Counted from the first letter of the whole stretch, positions 39,732 to 52,717 are shown. The stretch: 63,967 bases of DNA, filler included, from Octopus bimaculoides (GCF_001194135.2; 6 parts of 6 records of this genome joined end to end with filler, not necessarily neighbours in it); one strand, 5' to 3'. Numbers and translations are program-made. The notes: a model not told the origin generated them from the sequence alone.

Positions 39732-40187
39732 NNNNNNNNNNNNNNNNNNNNNNNNNNNNNNNNNNNNNNNNNNNNTTAATTAATTAANNNNNNNNNNNNN
39801 NNNNNNNNNNNNNNNNNNNNNNNNNNNNNNNTAAACCTAACAAAACTCTCAACTCTCATGCATCCTTATTTTTCCTACCAATTTATACATGAACTACTAT
39901 TGAACTACAAAAGCTCAAAGACAATATAATGTATGGGTATATTTATTTTTTTTATATATTATTGTTTTATATATTATTTTCTTCATTTTGTACTTTTTTG
40001 TACTTCTTTGTAAAAAAACATTTTCATTCTCCTTCTTGATAATTTGCTTCATCGCAATGAAAACCGGTTAGAAAAAATCTTCATTAAATTATGCTCCCAG
40101 TTCAGCATTCTGGCTTTTTTACATTTTCCTATATACATGAACTACTATTGAACTACAAAAGCTCAAAGACAATATAATGTATGGGTA

Positions 40188-40870
40188 CTTTAGCTCCGTT
40201 ACCATAGCAACAGTACCGCTACTTTTTGATTGGACATCGTATAGCAACATTTATTCTGACCAAACTCGAACCCTATCCCTTTTGAGAATGTTGTATCCAG
40301 GTCAAGGCTCTTTTTTCAACTCATGCATACTCTTGACATACAATTCCAAGTCATCCACATAGAAGCAGTGAGTAATTTTGGCATTTCTGTTTCTTCGTGA
40401 ACCACTGAGATACCTTCCAAACTTCAACATAAATGACAAAGTGTTTAGTGGAAGTAGGAACAGCATCACGGAGAGGTTCCCATTAGAATATGCTTGTGCC
40501 ATATTGTATTTTATCAGTGATAATACAATCACTCCATGTATTCAACTTCAAGATGGTGACCCAGGATGAAGAATGCCAGCTATGGCTTTGATTAAGCTCT
40601 CTGGAACTTTAGCAAGTTGAAGGGTTTCTTGCATCCACGAGTGGGAGTAGAATCAAAGGCTTTCTTGTAGTCCAGAAACCAGGTTCCTCCTATGCTCTCG
40701 CACCTCTGACATTAGATTTGTTTATCAACAATTGCTCGACACATACTCAAACTCCCTTCTTCCCAGCTGCTTGTTCTGCTGTGATCATGTTATTACTTTC
40801 ACAATGGTCTTGGAGAAAGACATTTAAACTGCTGTATATATTTTGTACATTGACTTCTGGCATGCAATGG
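40188..40870 (-). mobile_element. Reverse transcriptase fragment of an R4/Dong/Hero-like LINE
   Basis: FLDYKKAFDS, then LSVMLFLLPLNTLSFML and KITHCFYVDDLELY (YxDD). Frameshifted. Confidence 0.85.
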
Positions 40871-41059
40871 TCCAGGAGTGTTTTATTTTGCTATGTGGGT
40901 ATATATGTATGTCTATATACATGGATGTATGTATGTAGAGAGAGAAAGAGAAAGAAGGAGAGAGAGGGAGAGACATATATACATGTATTATACACACATA
41001 TATATACCAGCATACATATGCGTGTATGTATGTACGTATGCATGTATGTATGTATGCAT

Positions 41060-41520
41060 GTAGACATGTATGTCATTATTCAGTTTCATTTCAAGGTTCC
41101 TTGCCAATAAGGAAAGAGCCGGTTTCTAACCTAGATCCAAGGCTCGTTCAATGGAATTTCAACATCAACCGAGCATATTTTATGCATGCATGTATATGTG
41201 TAGATTTGTATGTTTTGTTTTATGTATGTATTCTCATTCATATAATTGCATATCTAGACATTCTCATATATACATGAATGATGAACTTCTGGAAAGTTTC
41301 ACAGATTTTTACAGTTTCAGTGATGGATTGGATCTGTAGTCTTCAAATCAGCTTTACCCTTTCTGGTTTTAAGAAGCCTAATTTCTCAAGATTGGTATTT
41401 AGGCAGTGTGTTACATATCCCAGTACCCCAATAATTACAGGTATAAACCTGAACTTGTAATCTGGATAGAGTAACTGTAGATTTCTCAATAGTTAAGCAT
41501 AGGTATGTTCTTTTGCGCTG
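41060..41520 (-). mobile_element. 3' end of a restriction-like-endonuclease LINE with 3' UTR, ending in (CATA)n
   Basis: LLRNLQLLYPDYKFRFIPVIIGVLGYV...LQIQSITETVKICETFQKFII, followed by a UTR that runs into a catacatg microsatellite. Confidence 0.75.
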
Positions 41521-42959
41521 ATCTTTAGCTTTATGTTAATATCTGCTGAGCTGCTCTATGTATGTATGTATGTATGTATGTATGTATGTATGTATGTATG
41601 CATGTGTGTATGCATGTATGTGTGTGTGCGTTTTTATGTATAAACACAACTGGCGACCACACACTTTCTGCCAACCAAAATTCACCCACAAGTTATATTA
41701 TAGAACTTCTACACCTTAGTTAGGTACGAGAAAATGTGATCGAACTTGGAGCTAGTTGGTTGCAAAGACAACAATTTAACTACAGCTTTATGCTTATTTT
41801 TCAGACAAATCAGTGAAGAATTTGACTTCTGGGTGGCAAAGAGAGCAAAAGGAATTGGAATTTCCTTGTAAGTTGTGGAAAACATCACCAATTACTCGAT
41901 CTCCTTCATTTTGACTGTGTTTAATTTAGTCTTAAAAACTAGAATTAGCAGAGGTTGATTAACCTATACTGCTAATTTACTGTCTGCTTTCTCCGAAAAT
42001 TCACAAATACGGCGTCGTTGCAAGAAAGCATGATGTTAGGGTGTATTGGGAGATAGTTACACACACACATACACTNNNNNNNNNNNNNNNNNNNNNNNNN
42101 NNNNNNNNNNNNNNNNNNNNNNNNNNNNNNNNNNNNNNNNNNNNNNNNNNNNNNNNNNNNNNNNNNNNNNNNNNNNNNNNNNNNNNNNNNNNNNNNNNNN
42201 NNNNNNNNNNNNNNNNNNNNNNNNNNNNNNNNNNNNNNNNNNNNNNNNNNNNNNNNNNNNNNNNNNNNNNNNNNNNNNNNNNNNNNNNNNNNNNNNNNNN
42301 NNNNNNNNNNNNNNNNNNNNNNNNNNNNNNNNNNNNNNNNNNNNNNNNNNNNNNNNNNNNNNNNNNNNNNNNNNNNNNNNNNNNNNNNNNNNNNNNNNNN
42401 NNNNNNNNNNNNNNNNNNNNNNNNNNNNNNNNNNNNNNNNNNNNNNNNNNNNNNNNNNNNNNNNNNNNNNNNNNNNNNNNNNNNNNNNNNNNNNNNNNNN
42501 NNNNNNNNNNNNNNNNNNNNNNNNNNNNNNNNNNNNNNNNNNNNNNNNNNNNNNNNNNNNNNNNNNNNNNNNNNNNNNNNNNNNNNNNNNNNNNNNNNNN
42601 NNNNNNNNNNNNNNNNNNNNNNNNNNNNNNNNNNNNNNNNNNNNNNNNNNNNNNNNNNNNNNNNNNNNNNNNNNNNNNNNNNNNNNNNNNNNNNNNNNNN
42701 NNNNNNNNNNNNNNNNNNNNNNNNNNNNNNNNNNNNNNNNNNNNNNNNNNNNNNNNNNNNNNNNNNNNNNNNNNNNNNNNNNNNNNNNNNNNTATATATA
42801 TATATATACTCTGTTCCTCTGTTTTCGGTCGTAGATTTAGTTCGGAGTAAGAAACAGACGAAGGCCAGACAGCGCTTAAAATGAAGTATTTCGATTGTTC
42901 ACTAGTACTTATGGCTAATTTCGCATGACGCCCTACACTACTACTCAACTCTTCCCGCT

Positions 42960-43400
42960 TTTTTTTCTTCTTCTTCTTCTTCTTCTTCTTCTTCTTCTTC
43001 TTCTTCTTCTTCTTCTTCTTCCACTCCTCCTCGTCTCCTTTCTTTCTCCTCCCTTTTCTTATCTTTTTCCTCCATTTCCTTGTTCCCTAACTGCTCTGTC
43101 TTTCTTCCTTTCTTTCTTTCTTCCTTTCTTTCTTTCTTTTTTTCTTTCTTCCTTTCTTTCTTTCTTTCTGTTTCTCTTTCTTTCTTTCGTTCTTTCTTTC
43201 TCTCTTTCTCTGTCTTCTTCTCTTTCATTCTTTCCTTCTTTTTTTCGCTCTTTCTTCCTCCTCTTCAACTTTTCCTCCTCATCTTCCTCACCCTTCTCTT
43301 CCTATATCTCCTGCTGCACCTCCCTCCAATGTCTCTCTCTCTCTCTCTCTCTCTCTCCCTCCCCTTCCTGCTTCTTTCTTTTCTCCTCCTCATATCACTT
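42960..43400. repeat. Polypyrimidine compound microsatellite (CTT)n/(CTTT)n/(CT)n
   Basis: Directly visible. Confidence 0.95.
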
Positions 43401-43471
43401 TACAATTCTGCGACCTTCGATTAGTTAAATGTGTTCTATTGTTGTTTTAACCATTCCACCTNNNNNNNNNN

Positions 43472-43560
43472 ATCTTGGGCAGGTGTTTTCTGCTATAGCA
43501 TCAGGCCGACCAGAGCCTTGTAAGTGGATTTGGTAGATGGAAACTGAAAGAAGCCCGTTG

Positions 43561-43612
<52 letters not shown>

Positions 43613-43812
43613 TCTCCCGCTATCGCTTGACAAGCGATGGTGATGTGTTTATGTCCTCATAAACTAGCGGTTCGGCAAAAAAGACTGGTAGAATAAGTAT
43701 TAGGCTTACAAAGAATAAGACCTAGCGTCGATTTCTTCGACTAAAAACCATTTAAGGTGGTGCTGCAGCATGACTGCAGTCAAATGACTGAAACAAGTAA
43801 AAGAATAAAAGA
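43472..43812 (+). mobile_element. CORE-like SINE with internal (TG)n, 5'-truncated by a gap
   Basis: cttgggcaggtgttttctgctatagc (CORE-like), gatttggtagatggaaactgaaagaagcc, (TG)n, tail ...gtcaaatgactgaaacaagtaaaagaataaaaga. A near-full copy lies at 61430-61790. Confidence 0.7.
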
Positions 43813-44188
43813 TAACGCGCAGACGCACGCATACACCGCATACACGTGTATATATAATTATACACATGCCTAACCAAATGCCAATACATGCATTTAGTTA
43901 TGTTTCTATGTATGTATGTGTATGTATATGTGTGTGCGTTACCCCGCGTTGTTTTTGTCGGCCTAATGTCAAATTAGAAGACAGTGTGTCACGTAGTGGT
44001 ACTGAACCCGGAACTACGTGCTTCCGAAGCGAACTCCTTAACCAGATGACCATCTCTATCTTGTAACTTTATAGTTTAATCTTATTCTCTTTCTTAATTT
44101 CATTTTTTTTTTCTTTTACCTATTACTTTCGTAAATTTTTGTATATATTATAAATTTTCCCCTTCAGTTTCTCTGTCTGTCAAACATA

Positions 44189-44242
<54 letters not shown>

Positions 44243-44299
44243 GCTATCTCACCTACTCTCTGATACACCACTCACCTAATACACCACTCCTCTTCTTTA

Positions 44300-45105
44300 A
44301 GGTTGATTTCTAATTTAAGTACAAAACCAGCGATTTCAAAGGAAGATGGTTAGTCGATACTATCGACATCAGTACTTCGACGGCACTTCATTTTTTTTTT
44401 ATTAACCCAAAAGGAATTAAAGGTAAAGTTGACCTTGGTGAGATCTGAACTCAAAACGCAAAGGTGCTGGAACAAATACTAAGAAGAAATTTCCCTGACA
44501 CTGCAACAATTCTGCCAATTCACGATTCTGCTCTTTTAGCACAAGGTCATCAATTTTAAAGGATGGAGTGAGTCGACCCTTAGCGGTCAACTGGTATTTA
44601 TTTTATTGACCACGAAAGAATGAGAGACACAATCGACCTCGAAAAAATTTGGACTTACAACGTAAAGAAGAGTTCAAAAAGTACCGCTAAGCATTTTCTC
44701 CGACGCGCTAACAATTCTACCAGCTCGCTAACTTCTGATCTGTAATAATGGTTTCAAATTTTGGTATACAGCCAGCAGCTTTTGAGGGGAGGGAAAAGTC
44801 GATTACATGGACCCCCTGATACTTAGTTTATTGATCCTGAAGGACGAAAGACAAAGTCAATCTCAGCAAAATTTGAACTCAGAACGTAAAGAGACGGAAG
44901 AAATACCGTTCAATACGAACGATTCTGTCAGCTCAAAGCCCTCTGCTCTTCTTTAATAATCCTTTCTACTATAGGCACAACGCCAGCAATTTTGGGGGAG
45001 GGATTAGTCGATTGCATTGATCCCAGTACTGAACTGGTACTTATTTCATCGACCTCGAAAAGCCAAGTCGACCTCGACGGAATTTGAACGTAAACCGGGA
45101 GAAAT
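44300..45105 (-). repeat. Four head-to-tail diverged copies of the ggcggcgagctggc SINE family
   Basis: The motif gtcgacct..g.aatttgaactcagaacgtaaag...ttct.ccagctc recurs with about 215-bp period (about 44300-44523, 44533-44728, 44742-44935, 44952-45105). Confidence 0.8.
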
Positions 45106-46070
45106 ACCTTTATAGTGTGCCTTCCAAAGCCCCTCTACGGCTATCAGCTATCATATGCCATCATACAGTACGAATTCTTCTTTTACTGAATATACATGTG
45201 GGAATTTGTTAATAACAGCAGAATTTATGCAATAAATTTTAATACACGTATATACATTATTGCATTAATATGATCCAGCAATAGCGGTTTCCTGCAGAGA
45301 GGGTTCGAGAATAGTTGCCCAAGACGCCACTCAGTGAGACTGAACCCTGAACCATGTGATTGGGAAGCAAACTTCTTACCACTCACAGACACACGTGCGC
45401 GCGCACGCACACACACATGCACATACACACATACAAACATGTGTGTGTTTGTATATATCGCACACACATATATATATATACATTTATATACATACATGCA
45501 TACATATGTATATATGTATGTATGTAGGTATACACACTCGTGCACACCAAACATAGATACATGTATGTATGCATGTATGTATGCATGTATGTATGCATGT
45601 ACGTATGTATGTATGTATGTATTAGTGTATGCATGTGTGTACACTTATATGTATATATATGCAGGGCATTGTCATTTTCATTATCTTCCTTTCTGAGTTT
45701 CCTCTTGCAACATAACATAAATGAAATATAAACACCTTCTTCCTGTCTATATATTTATGTATTTATGTTACAGTCATGTAAACTTGTCTTTATTTTGTAT
45801 CCGTATTTCCCACTCGTACCATTATTTTTCTAAAGACAGAGTGCAAGGAGAACCGCACTTGCATATATACATACCTGCTTATACACGCACACACACACAC
45901 ACACACACACATGCTCGTCTCATGAATGGACAACCAGAAAGACAGGAAGATTGACACTCAATCATTCAAATAATAAAGGGTTTGTGTGGGGTGTGTATGT
46001 AACTAAATGTATATCTATGTAAAAGTGTGTGTGTGTGTGCACGTACAAGTGTGAGCATAACTTATATATG

Positions 46071-46132
<62 letters not shown>

Positions 46133-46376
46133 TATATACATAATATAATTGTGCCTGTGTTGTACGAAGTTTGCCTTTCAGCCACATAGTTGAGTTCACT
46201 ACCATTCATGGCATCTTTGGCAAGTGTCTTCAACTATTAGCCCAGGCCAATCATAGCCTTGTCAGTGGATATATATNNNNNNNNNNNNNNNNNNNNNNNN
46301 NNNNNNNNNNNNNNNNNNNNTTAATTAATTAANNNNNNNNNNNNNNNNNNNNNNNNNNNNNNNNNNNNNNNNNNNN

Positions 46377-46412
<36 letters not shown>

Positions 46413-47099
46413 CACACAGATAGTCATAATATAAATATAATATATGTTTTATGCCTTTCTCTTAGATAACATCAGTAGTGTGGAGAGAGGAGGCTGATAT
46501 GCATGGGTGACTGCTGGTCTTCCATAAACAACCTTGCCCGGACTTGTGCCTGGGAGGGTAACTTTCTAGGTGCAATCCCATGGTCAGTCATGACCGAAGG
46601 GGGTCTCAGCATATGTTTTATGGCATGAAAGAGAAAAGAAAAAGGAGCTCTGTATATATTGCAGAATGTGCAGCATATTCGATTATCAATAATTTTTCAA
46701 AAATTTAACACTTTCTTGATTATCACTAAAAAAAACAACTAATTAATTTGGAAAGACCAGTACAGTCTATGTAACAAAATTATTGTAGCCCTGTATTATT
46801 GCTAAAATTAAATTGATATAACTAACGTTAAATATACAGGTAGCAAAGTTGTAAAAGTGAAAAAGAAATAAAAAAAGCAATTGATCGCAGGGAGCATGAG
46901 CAGAGGCACAGTTACAAGCGTGATCTTGATCATAACTTTGATCCTAAGTAAGAGTACACAACTATGATCCCGAGTAAGAGTACAATCACAAGCCTAATGA
47001 CTTCATAATAATATTCACTTCTGTTGTCCATACTATATGTTGTTAATCGTTCTCCATTGTTAAATGATTGCCAAATCTTTGTAAATATTTGTATTATAG

Positions 47100-47314
47100 G
47101 AGACCCAGGTTATAAATGGCATCAAAGCACTATTGCAACAACGCATATCTGAGAGTTTTGAGCAACTTGTCCGTCTGCAAGAAGCCCGTCAGCAGGTTCA
47201 GGCGGACTTTCAAGATAAGAATATTGCCATGGATATTGACATTGACCAGTACAATCTGTCCCACAAATCTCCAAACATTAGCTTCAAGCCAGACCCATTG
47301 AGAGTTCCAAAGGG
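47100..47314 (+). CDS. TEKT2: Internal coding exon of tektin-2 (tektin-B1), axonemal microtubule inner filament protein
   Basis: Acceptor gtattatAG, donor GTAAGG. The 215 nt read ETQVINGIKALLQQRISESFEQLVRLQEARQQVQADFQDKNIAMDIDIDQYNLSHKSPNISFKPDPLRVPK(G), matching TEKT2 LQQKVSQAFEQL...SPNISLKVDPTRVPDG. Confidence 0.93.
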
Positions 47315-48248
47315 GTAAGGAATTCTTCTCATTCATGTCCAATATTGCTTGAAGATATCATCATCATCATCTACTTTTCCATGCTTGCTTGGGTCAGATG
47401 AGAGTATGTTGGGGTAGAGTTTTTCCTGCAGCCATCCCAATATTTGTTCCAAGGGAGATAATAATATTCAAGTCTGTCAAGCAACACACATTGTGGACAT
47501 GTTTATGCAGAGACAAAGAAAGAAATGACATCAAATGACTGAGTCATTTACTTACAAAGATTGCGCAACATATCAAGAAAACCGAACAAGCTTTCAAGAT
47601 GGACTGCAGGCATATATCTTGAATTTATCCTAGTTGAATGGGTAAAAAGGTGGACGAGGGTTTATGCTTGAAATTTCATAGTTTGAATTGTTGTTTGTGC
47701 ATACATGATGAGGTTTCCTCCATTATGTTTACTTGTGAAGTTATAATGTTTAATTTCTCTGTGATAAAAAGAAATTAACTGCTGCATCAAAAATTAAATG
47801 CAGCATTGAAAGATTCCATTTTTAGAACAATATAACCTACATTGAATCAAATCTTGGTTAGAAGGATATGGACATAGGAAAATATTGTGGTTTGATCCTC
47901 CATATAACATGAGCATTGCCGTAAATATCAATAAATGATTTCTGAAACTCATAGTTAGCTACTTCTTTCACACACATTAATACTACAGTGTTTCTCTTTA
48001 ATAAAAACATAGTTAATGTTAGATAAAGTTGTCTCCCCAAAATAGGCTCAATGATCATCAATCACAATAAGAATCATAGCATGAGGAATATTTCATAAAG
48101 ATCTTGTAATTGTAGAGCCCCCAATAACTGTCTTTTGAACAATTTGTGTCTGGAAAGAGAATTGGTTTATAAGGCTAACATTATTTACATGAATTAGACC
48201 ACATACATACACATATACAAACACACACACACACATACATATACAACA

Positions 48249-48398
48249 GGCTTCTTTCAGTTTCCATCTACCAAAGCCACTAACAAAGCTTTGGATGGTT
48301 GACAGCTATAGTAGAAGACAGTTGCCCAAAGTGCCATACAGTGGGACTGAACACAAAACTTGTGTGGTTGGGAAGTGAAAATCTTAACCACAAAGCCA
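48249..48398 (-). mobile_element. CORE-like SINE head/body, antisense, 67 nt upstream of a TEKT2 exon
   Basis: Reverse complement reads tggctttgtggttaagattttcacttcccaaccac...ttcagtcccactg...tttgggcaactgtcttctactatagc...gaaactgaaagaagcc. Confidence 0.8.
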
Positions 48399-48465
48399 TG
48401 CCTGGGCCTATTATAACACATATCTAATAATTTCTTTATTTTATTTTCTCTACTGTTTCTTTCAG

Positions 48466-48688
48466 TTCCACCACCCCTTGTGAATGGGAAGAATTCAGTC
48501 ATTATAACGCTCAACGTGCTGAAGCTGAGGTAAGAGGATCTCGTACTCTAAGGGAAACAATTCATCATAATTTGCAACAGGCTCGGAATGATTTGGAGAC
48601 GGCCCAAAAATCAACTGGTTACAGTTTTAGAAAACGAATGCATGAATATGAAAGAGCAATCAAAGAATTAGAATGGCAAAAGAAAAAT
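48466..48688 (+). CDS. TEKT2: Next internal coding exon of tektin-2 (tektin-B1)
   Basis: Acceptor tttctttcAG, donor GTAAGT, phase-compatible with the previous exon (GG|T = Gly). The 223 nt read STTPCEWEEFSHYNAQRAEAEVRGSRTLRETIHHNLQQARNDLETAQKSTGYSFRKRMHEYERAIKELEWQKKN, matching TEKT2 STTLQQWDDFSRFN...AFRKR...ELKWQEKN. Confidence 0.93.
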
Positions 48689-48736
48689 GTAAGTCTGTAA
48701 TTTAACTTTGAGAGATTGGTTCTGTTGATACAGGAC

Positions 48737-48885
48737 TGGCTGTGTGATTAAGAAGCTTACTTACCAACCATGTGGTCTGCGGCTCAGTCCCAATGTGTGG
48801 TGCCTTGAGCAAGTGTCTTCTACTATAGCCCTGATCAGATCAAAGCCTTGTGAGTGGATTTGGTTTACTGAAACTGAAAGAAGTC
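48737..48885 (+). mobile_element. CORE-like SINE head/body, sense, 48 nt downstream of the same TEKT2 exon
   Basis: tggctgtgtgattaagaagcttacttaccaacc...ctcagtcccaatg...cttgagcaagtgtcttctactatagc...gaaactgaaagaagtc. Confidence 0.8.
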
Positions 48886-49489
48886 CATCATATATACATA
48901 TGATGATGATGATATATACATATATAAAGTGAGAGAGAGAGAGAGAGAGATAGCGATGCAGATGTAATTCCGAGTCCCCAGAAACAGCTGTTGGACTTGG
49001 AATACATGCCTCTTACCTTAGATTTCTGTATTTTTTGTACTCCATGTAAATTAATTTTGTAAATTTATAACTATCTCTATAAACATACATGAGTGTTCAT
49101 CTACTGAATATTTTCAGTTCTTATTTCTTTCTATATATATCCCTATATATATATATTTACATTTGTATGTATGTATGTATGTTTGTATGTATGTATGTAT
49201 GTATGCATGCATGCATGTATGTATGTATGCATGTATGTATGCATGCATGTGTGTGTACATGTGTATGTATGCATGTATATATGCACAGGGATGTGGAAAT
49301 ACCTGGGTTGGTGTCCAGGTACATGGTTGGCTCACTGGTAGTGGGTGGCCCCTCTTTTGTTGTCACAATATCTCTCTAGGAGAGGGAAACTCTGAGAGAA
49401 AACCTGCGACACTGACAATATTCGATGATGTAGACTAGTTCTTCTGTTCCAGTTTATGTTGTCCATGTTTAGAGAGTGGGATTGGATTT

Positions 49490-49829
49490 GTGCAAATCTT
49501 TTCCCCACTATAAAAAATTATCATGTACAGGCATCACTTCCAAATTCACTTGTACATGATGAAAAATTCTCCTCCAGTACTGTTCTGACCACGTCTACAG
49601 AATTCATATTTTTTCTGTCCAAATGATTTTGAAGACTGCGGAATAAATGATAATCAGATGGGGCAATGTCCAGCGAATATGGTGGGTGGGGCATTGTTTC
49701 CCATTTAAACTGCTCCAGCCTTTGGAACGTCATCCTCGCTGTATGTGGCTGAGCATTATCCTGTTGTGGGAATATGTATTCAGTACCAGGTGTTGATATG
49801 GCTGCATGTATATTATTACAGGATTTCAT
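49490..49829 (-). mobile_element. Mariner transposase C-terminal fragment
   Basis: QQDNAQPHTAR...WETMPHPPYSLDIAPSDYHLFRSLQNHL (HDNARPH and YSPDLAPSDYHLF motifs). Confidence 0.9.
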
Positions 49830-50319
49830 ATAGAGATGAAGAATAAATTCAAGAACTATATATTTACTACATAAAAAAATATTTTATTTACTGATCGATG
49901 ATGATACATAATCAAAATGTAGAATCTAGTTGAATGAAGTAATCTATACAAGAAAGTTCAGAGAAATAACAGCTAAGTGGTGGCTTTCAGTCATGTGGTG
50001 TAGAGAAATAGACAGACATAGCAATGATGTGAATGGCTCTAAGCCTAATCAACTAAGAAGCAAAGGGCAGGGTTAGCAAGCTGTTTTTATTAATGGAACG
50101 CTAGACATTCTAGAAACTTCCAAGAGAAAAGCTAAGCTTTTTGAATAATTAAGAATCACGTCTCATGACACAGATGCTTTGAGAAACTTAGTAAAGGGAG
50201 ATTACTCTACAAACCTTCTTGCAAGGGAGATCATTCAAGTATTTAGCTACATAGACTACTACACACCCCCTTGGTGTATATTTAGTTTCAGCTGGTTTTA
50301 ACTGCTTAGAGAAAAATGC

Positions 50320-50773
50320 CAGAGGTTGCCATTCACCATGGTGAAGTTGTTGAATGACTGCGCTGATGCCACATTTTGTTCTACCAGGATTTGTAGGATG
50401 TCCTCATTGAGCTCTACAGATCTTCCAGGACAAGGCTCATCTTCTATGCATTAGTTTCTGGCTTAGAATTTCTGACATTGGCTTATGTTTATTGTCTGAT
50501 CCCCATATACTGCATTAATATTCCTCGCACTTTTCGTTGTGTTGTTGCCTTTATTGAATTCATGAAGCAAAATGTTCCAAATATGCTCCTTTGTCACTTA
50601 CATCATAGCTTTGAAAAAAATAACTGTTAAAATTGAACTGCACTCTTCAAAACTTGCACTAAGAATAAGGTTAAGGTAAAATTACTACCTGCTTTTATGG
50701 CAAGTTGATGCATCCCCTTCCAACTTTTAATTCGCAATTGAAAACACTGCATTATTTATGGGGTGACCCAATA
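50320..50773 (-). mobile_element. Mariner 5' fragment, same family as 15797-16760, opposite orientation
   Basis: Minus strand: TIR tattgggtcaccccataaataatg, then gtgacaaaggagcatatttggaacattttgcttcatgaattcaataaagg...aatattaatgcagtatatggggatcagac. Confidence 0.85.
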
Positions 50774-51639
50774 TATAATATGTCTAACCCATGCCAGCTT
50801 GGACATCATCATCATCATTTAACGTCCATTGTCAATGCTGGCATGGGTTGGACATTTTGACCAGAGCTGATTTCCCTTTCTAACACCAATGGATGTTAAA
50901 TGATAATGAAAAATATGATGCTGATGATGGGCTTCCTTCAATTTCCATCTATCAAATCCATTCACAAGCTTTGGTCTGCCTGAGTCTATAGTAGAAGACA
51001 CTTGCTCAAGGTGCCATGCAGTGGGACTGAACCCAGAACCATGTGGTTGGGAAGCAAGCTTCTTTCCACACAGCTATATATATCTATTTATATGTGTGTG
51101 TGTGTGTGTGTGTGTACACAAATAAGTATTTATGTATATGTGTGTGTTTGTGTGCGTCCTTATCTTGAAATCGCTTGATTGTTGTTAATGAGCATTATCG
51201 TTATACAAGCAAGATCGTTCATTTCCAGTCCGCTGTGAAAAATACACATCTATTTATGAGGAAATATTACCTTGCTTGGAAACATGGGCAAGGACTCACT
51301 ACTGGAAGGGCATCTGAATCCAGAAAAATCTTCCTCAGCAAATTCACCATACCACACATCTAACCGAAGCAAGTATGAAAAAGTGATATTAAAATGAGGA
51401 TCATGAAGATTCATTCCTAAATTATTGCAATTATCTCCCTTTTCCCTGGGTTCATTCTCCGTTGCTGAGTGTTTTGGTCTCTTTCACTAGTAGGAGGAGA
51501 ATTTTAATTAATCAACAATTTGTTATGTGTGACATTTAGTACCAACCTGTTTAATTTACTTACTGAAATTCATGCTATTGGTCTATGTGGGTTATTTCCC
51601 TTGATTCATTTTTAGTCTTAATTCATTATCATCATCATT

Positions 51640-52717
51640 TTAACACTTTCTTTCTTCAGTCAGATGGGATTCACTGAGGCAGATTTTCTTTGACTGGATG
51701 CCCCTTCTTGTTGCCAACTTCACACCTGGTTCCATGTAAGGTGATATTTCCCTCATTTCTGGACATGTTTCCATGGCAGATTGGAAATGATTGATACCAA
51801 CTGTATGACAGTGATACTCGTGTACAATTATCACATGGTGCCAAGAGAAGAAGATAAAACCCTGCCCCTCACGCATATCGACTACTTCTAGCTTTTCCCC
51901 CTGGCATGTGATGGAAGCTGTTTTCTGCACATTTTCAGTGTTTATTGCCCCAGAGCATTTGCCACACACAAAAACTATCTTCCCAGTTAGCCTTCTTCTG
52001 ATATTGCTGCACCTCTTATGTGTCCATTGCTTACACTGGGTACAGCTTATGGAGTTTCTACCTACGCCTTTTCTACAAATTGAGCAGGGTCATCTACCTG
52101 AAGATATTTGTGATTTGTCTGCCTTGCTACTTAACAATACTTTGGTTTTGCTAGATTGACTCTAAGGCCCTTCGATTCTAGACCTTGCTTCCACACCTGA
52201 AACTTCTCCTCTAGTTCTGATAGTGACTCAGCAATTAAAGCGAGGTCATCAGCATAGAGAAGCTCCCAGGGGAATCCTGTTTTGAATTCCTCTGTTATTG
52301 CCTGGAGGACTATGATGAATAAAAGGGGGCTGAGGATTGATCCTTGGTGGACCCTTACTCCTACCCAGAATTCTTCACTATACTCGTTGCCAGCCCTCAC
52401 TTTACTGACAGCATCTCTGTACATGGCTTGTACAGTTCTCACTAACCACTCATCTATCCCTAGTTTCCGCATTGACCACCAGATAAGGGATCAGGGGACC
52501 CTGTCAAAGGCTTTTTCCATGTCAACGAAAGCCAGGTGCAGAGGCTTATTATCTTTGGCTAAGTATTTCTCCTGCAGTTGTCTTACCAGAAATATAGCAT
52601 CAGTGGTGCTTTTCCCTGGCACAAACCCAAACTGCATCTCATCTAAACTAACTCTCTCCCTAATTAGTTGGGCTATGACCCTCTCTGTGACTTTCATTAC
52701 CTGATCCAACAACTTTA
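51640..52717 (-). mobile_element. 5'-truncated RTE-clade LINE: RT domain, Cys-rich domain and 3' tail
   Basis: DEMQFGFVPGKSTTDAIFLVRQLQEK...AFVDMEKAFDRVP; VHQGSILSPLLFIIV...LLYADDLAL; C-x2-C motifs; internally deleted 3' part ending in the (GAT)n-type tail. Confidence 0.92.

Noticed and set aside
41803-41871. Exon-like segment on + with AG and GTAAGT signals
   Set aside because: No frame resembles tektin or KCNT, and it lies among minus-strand LINE remnants.
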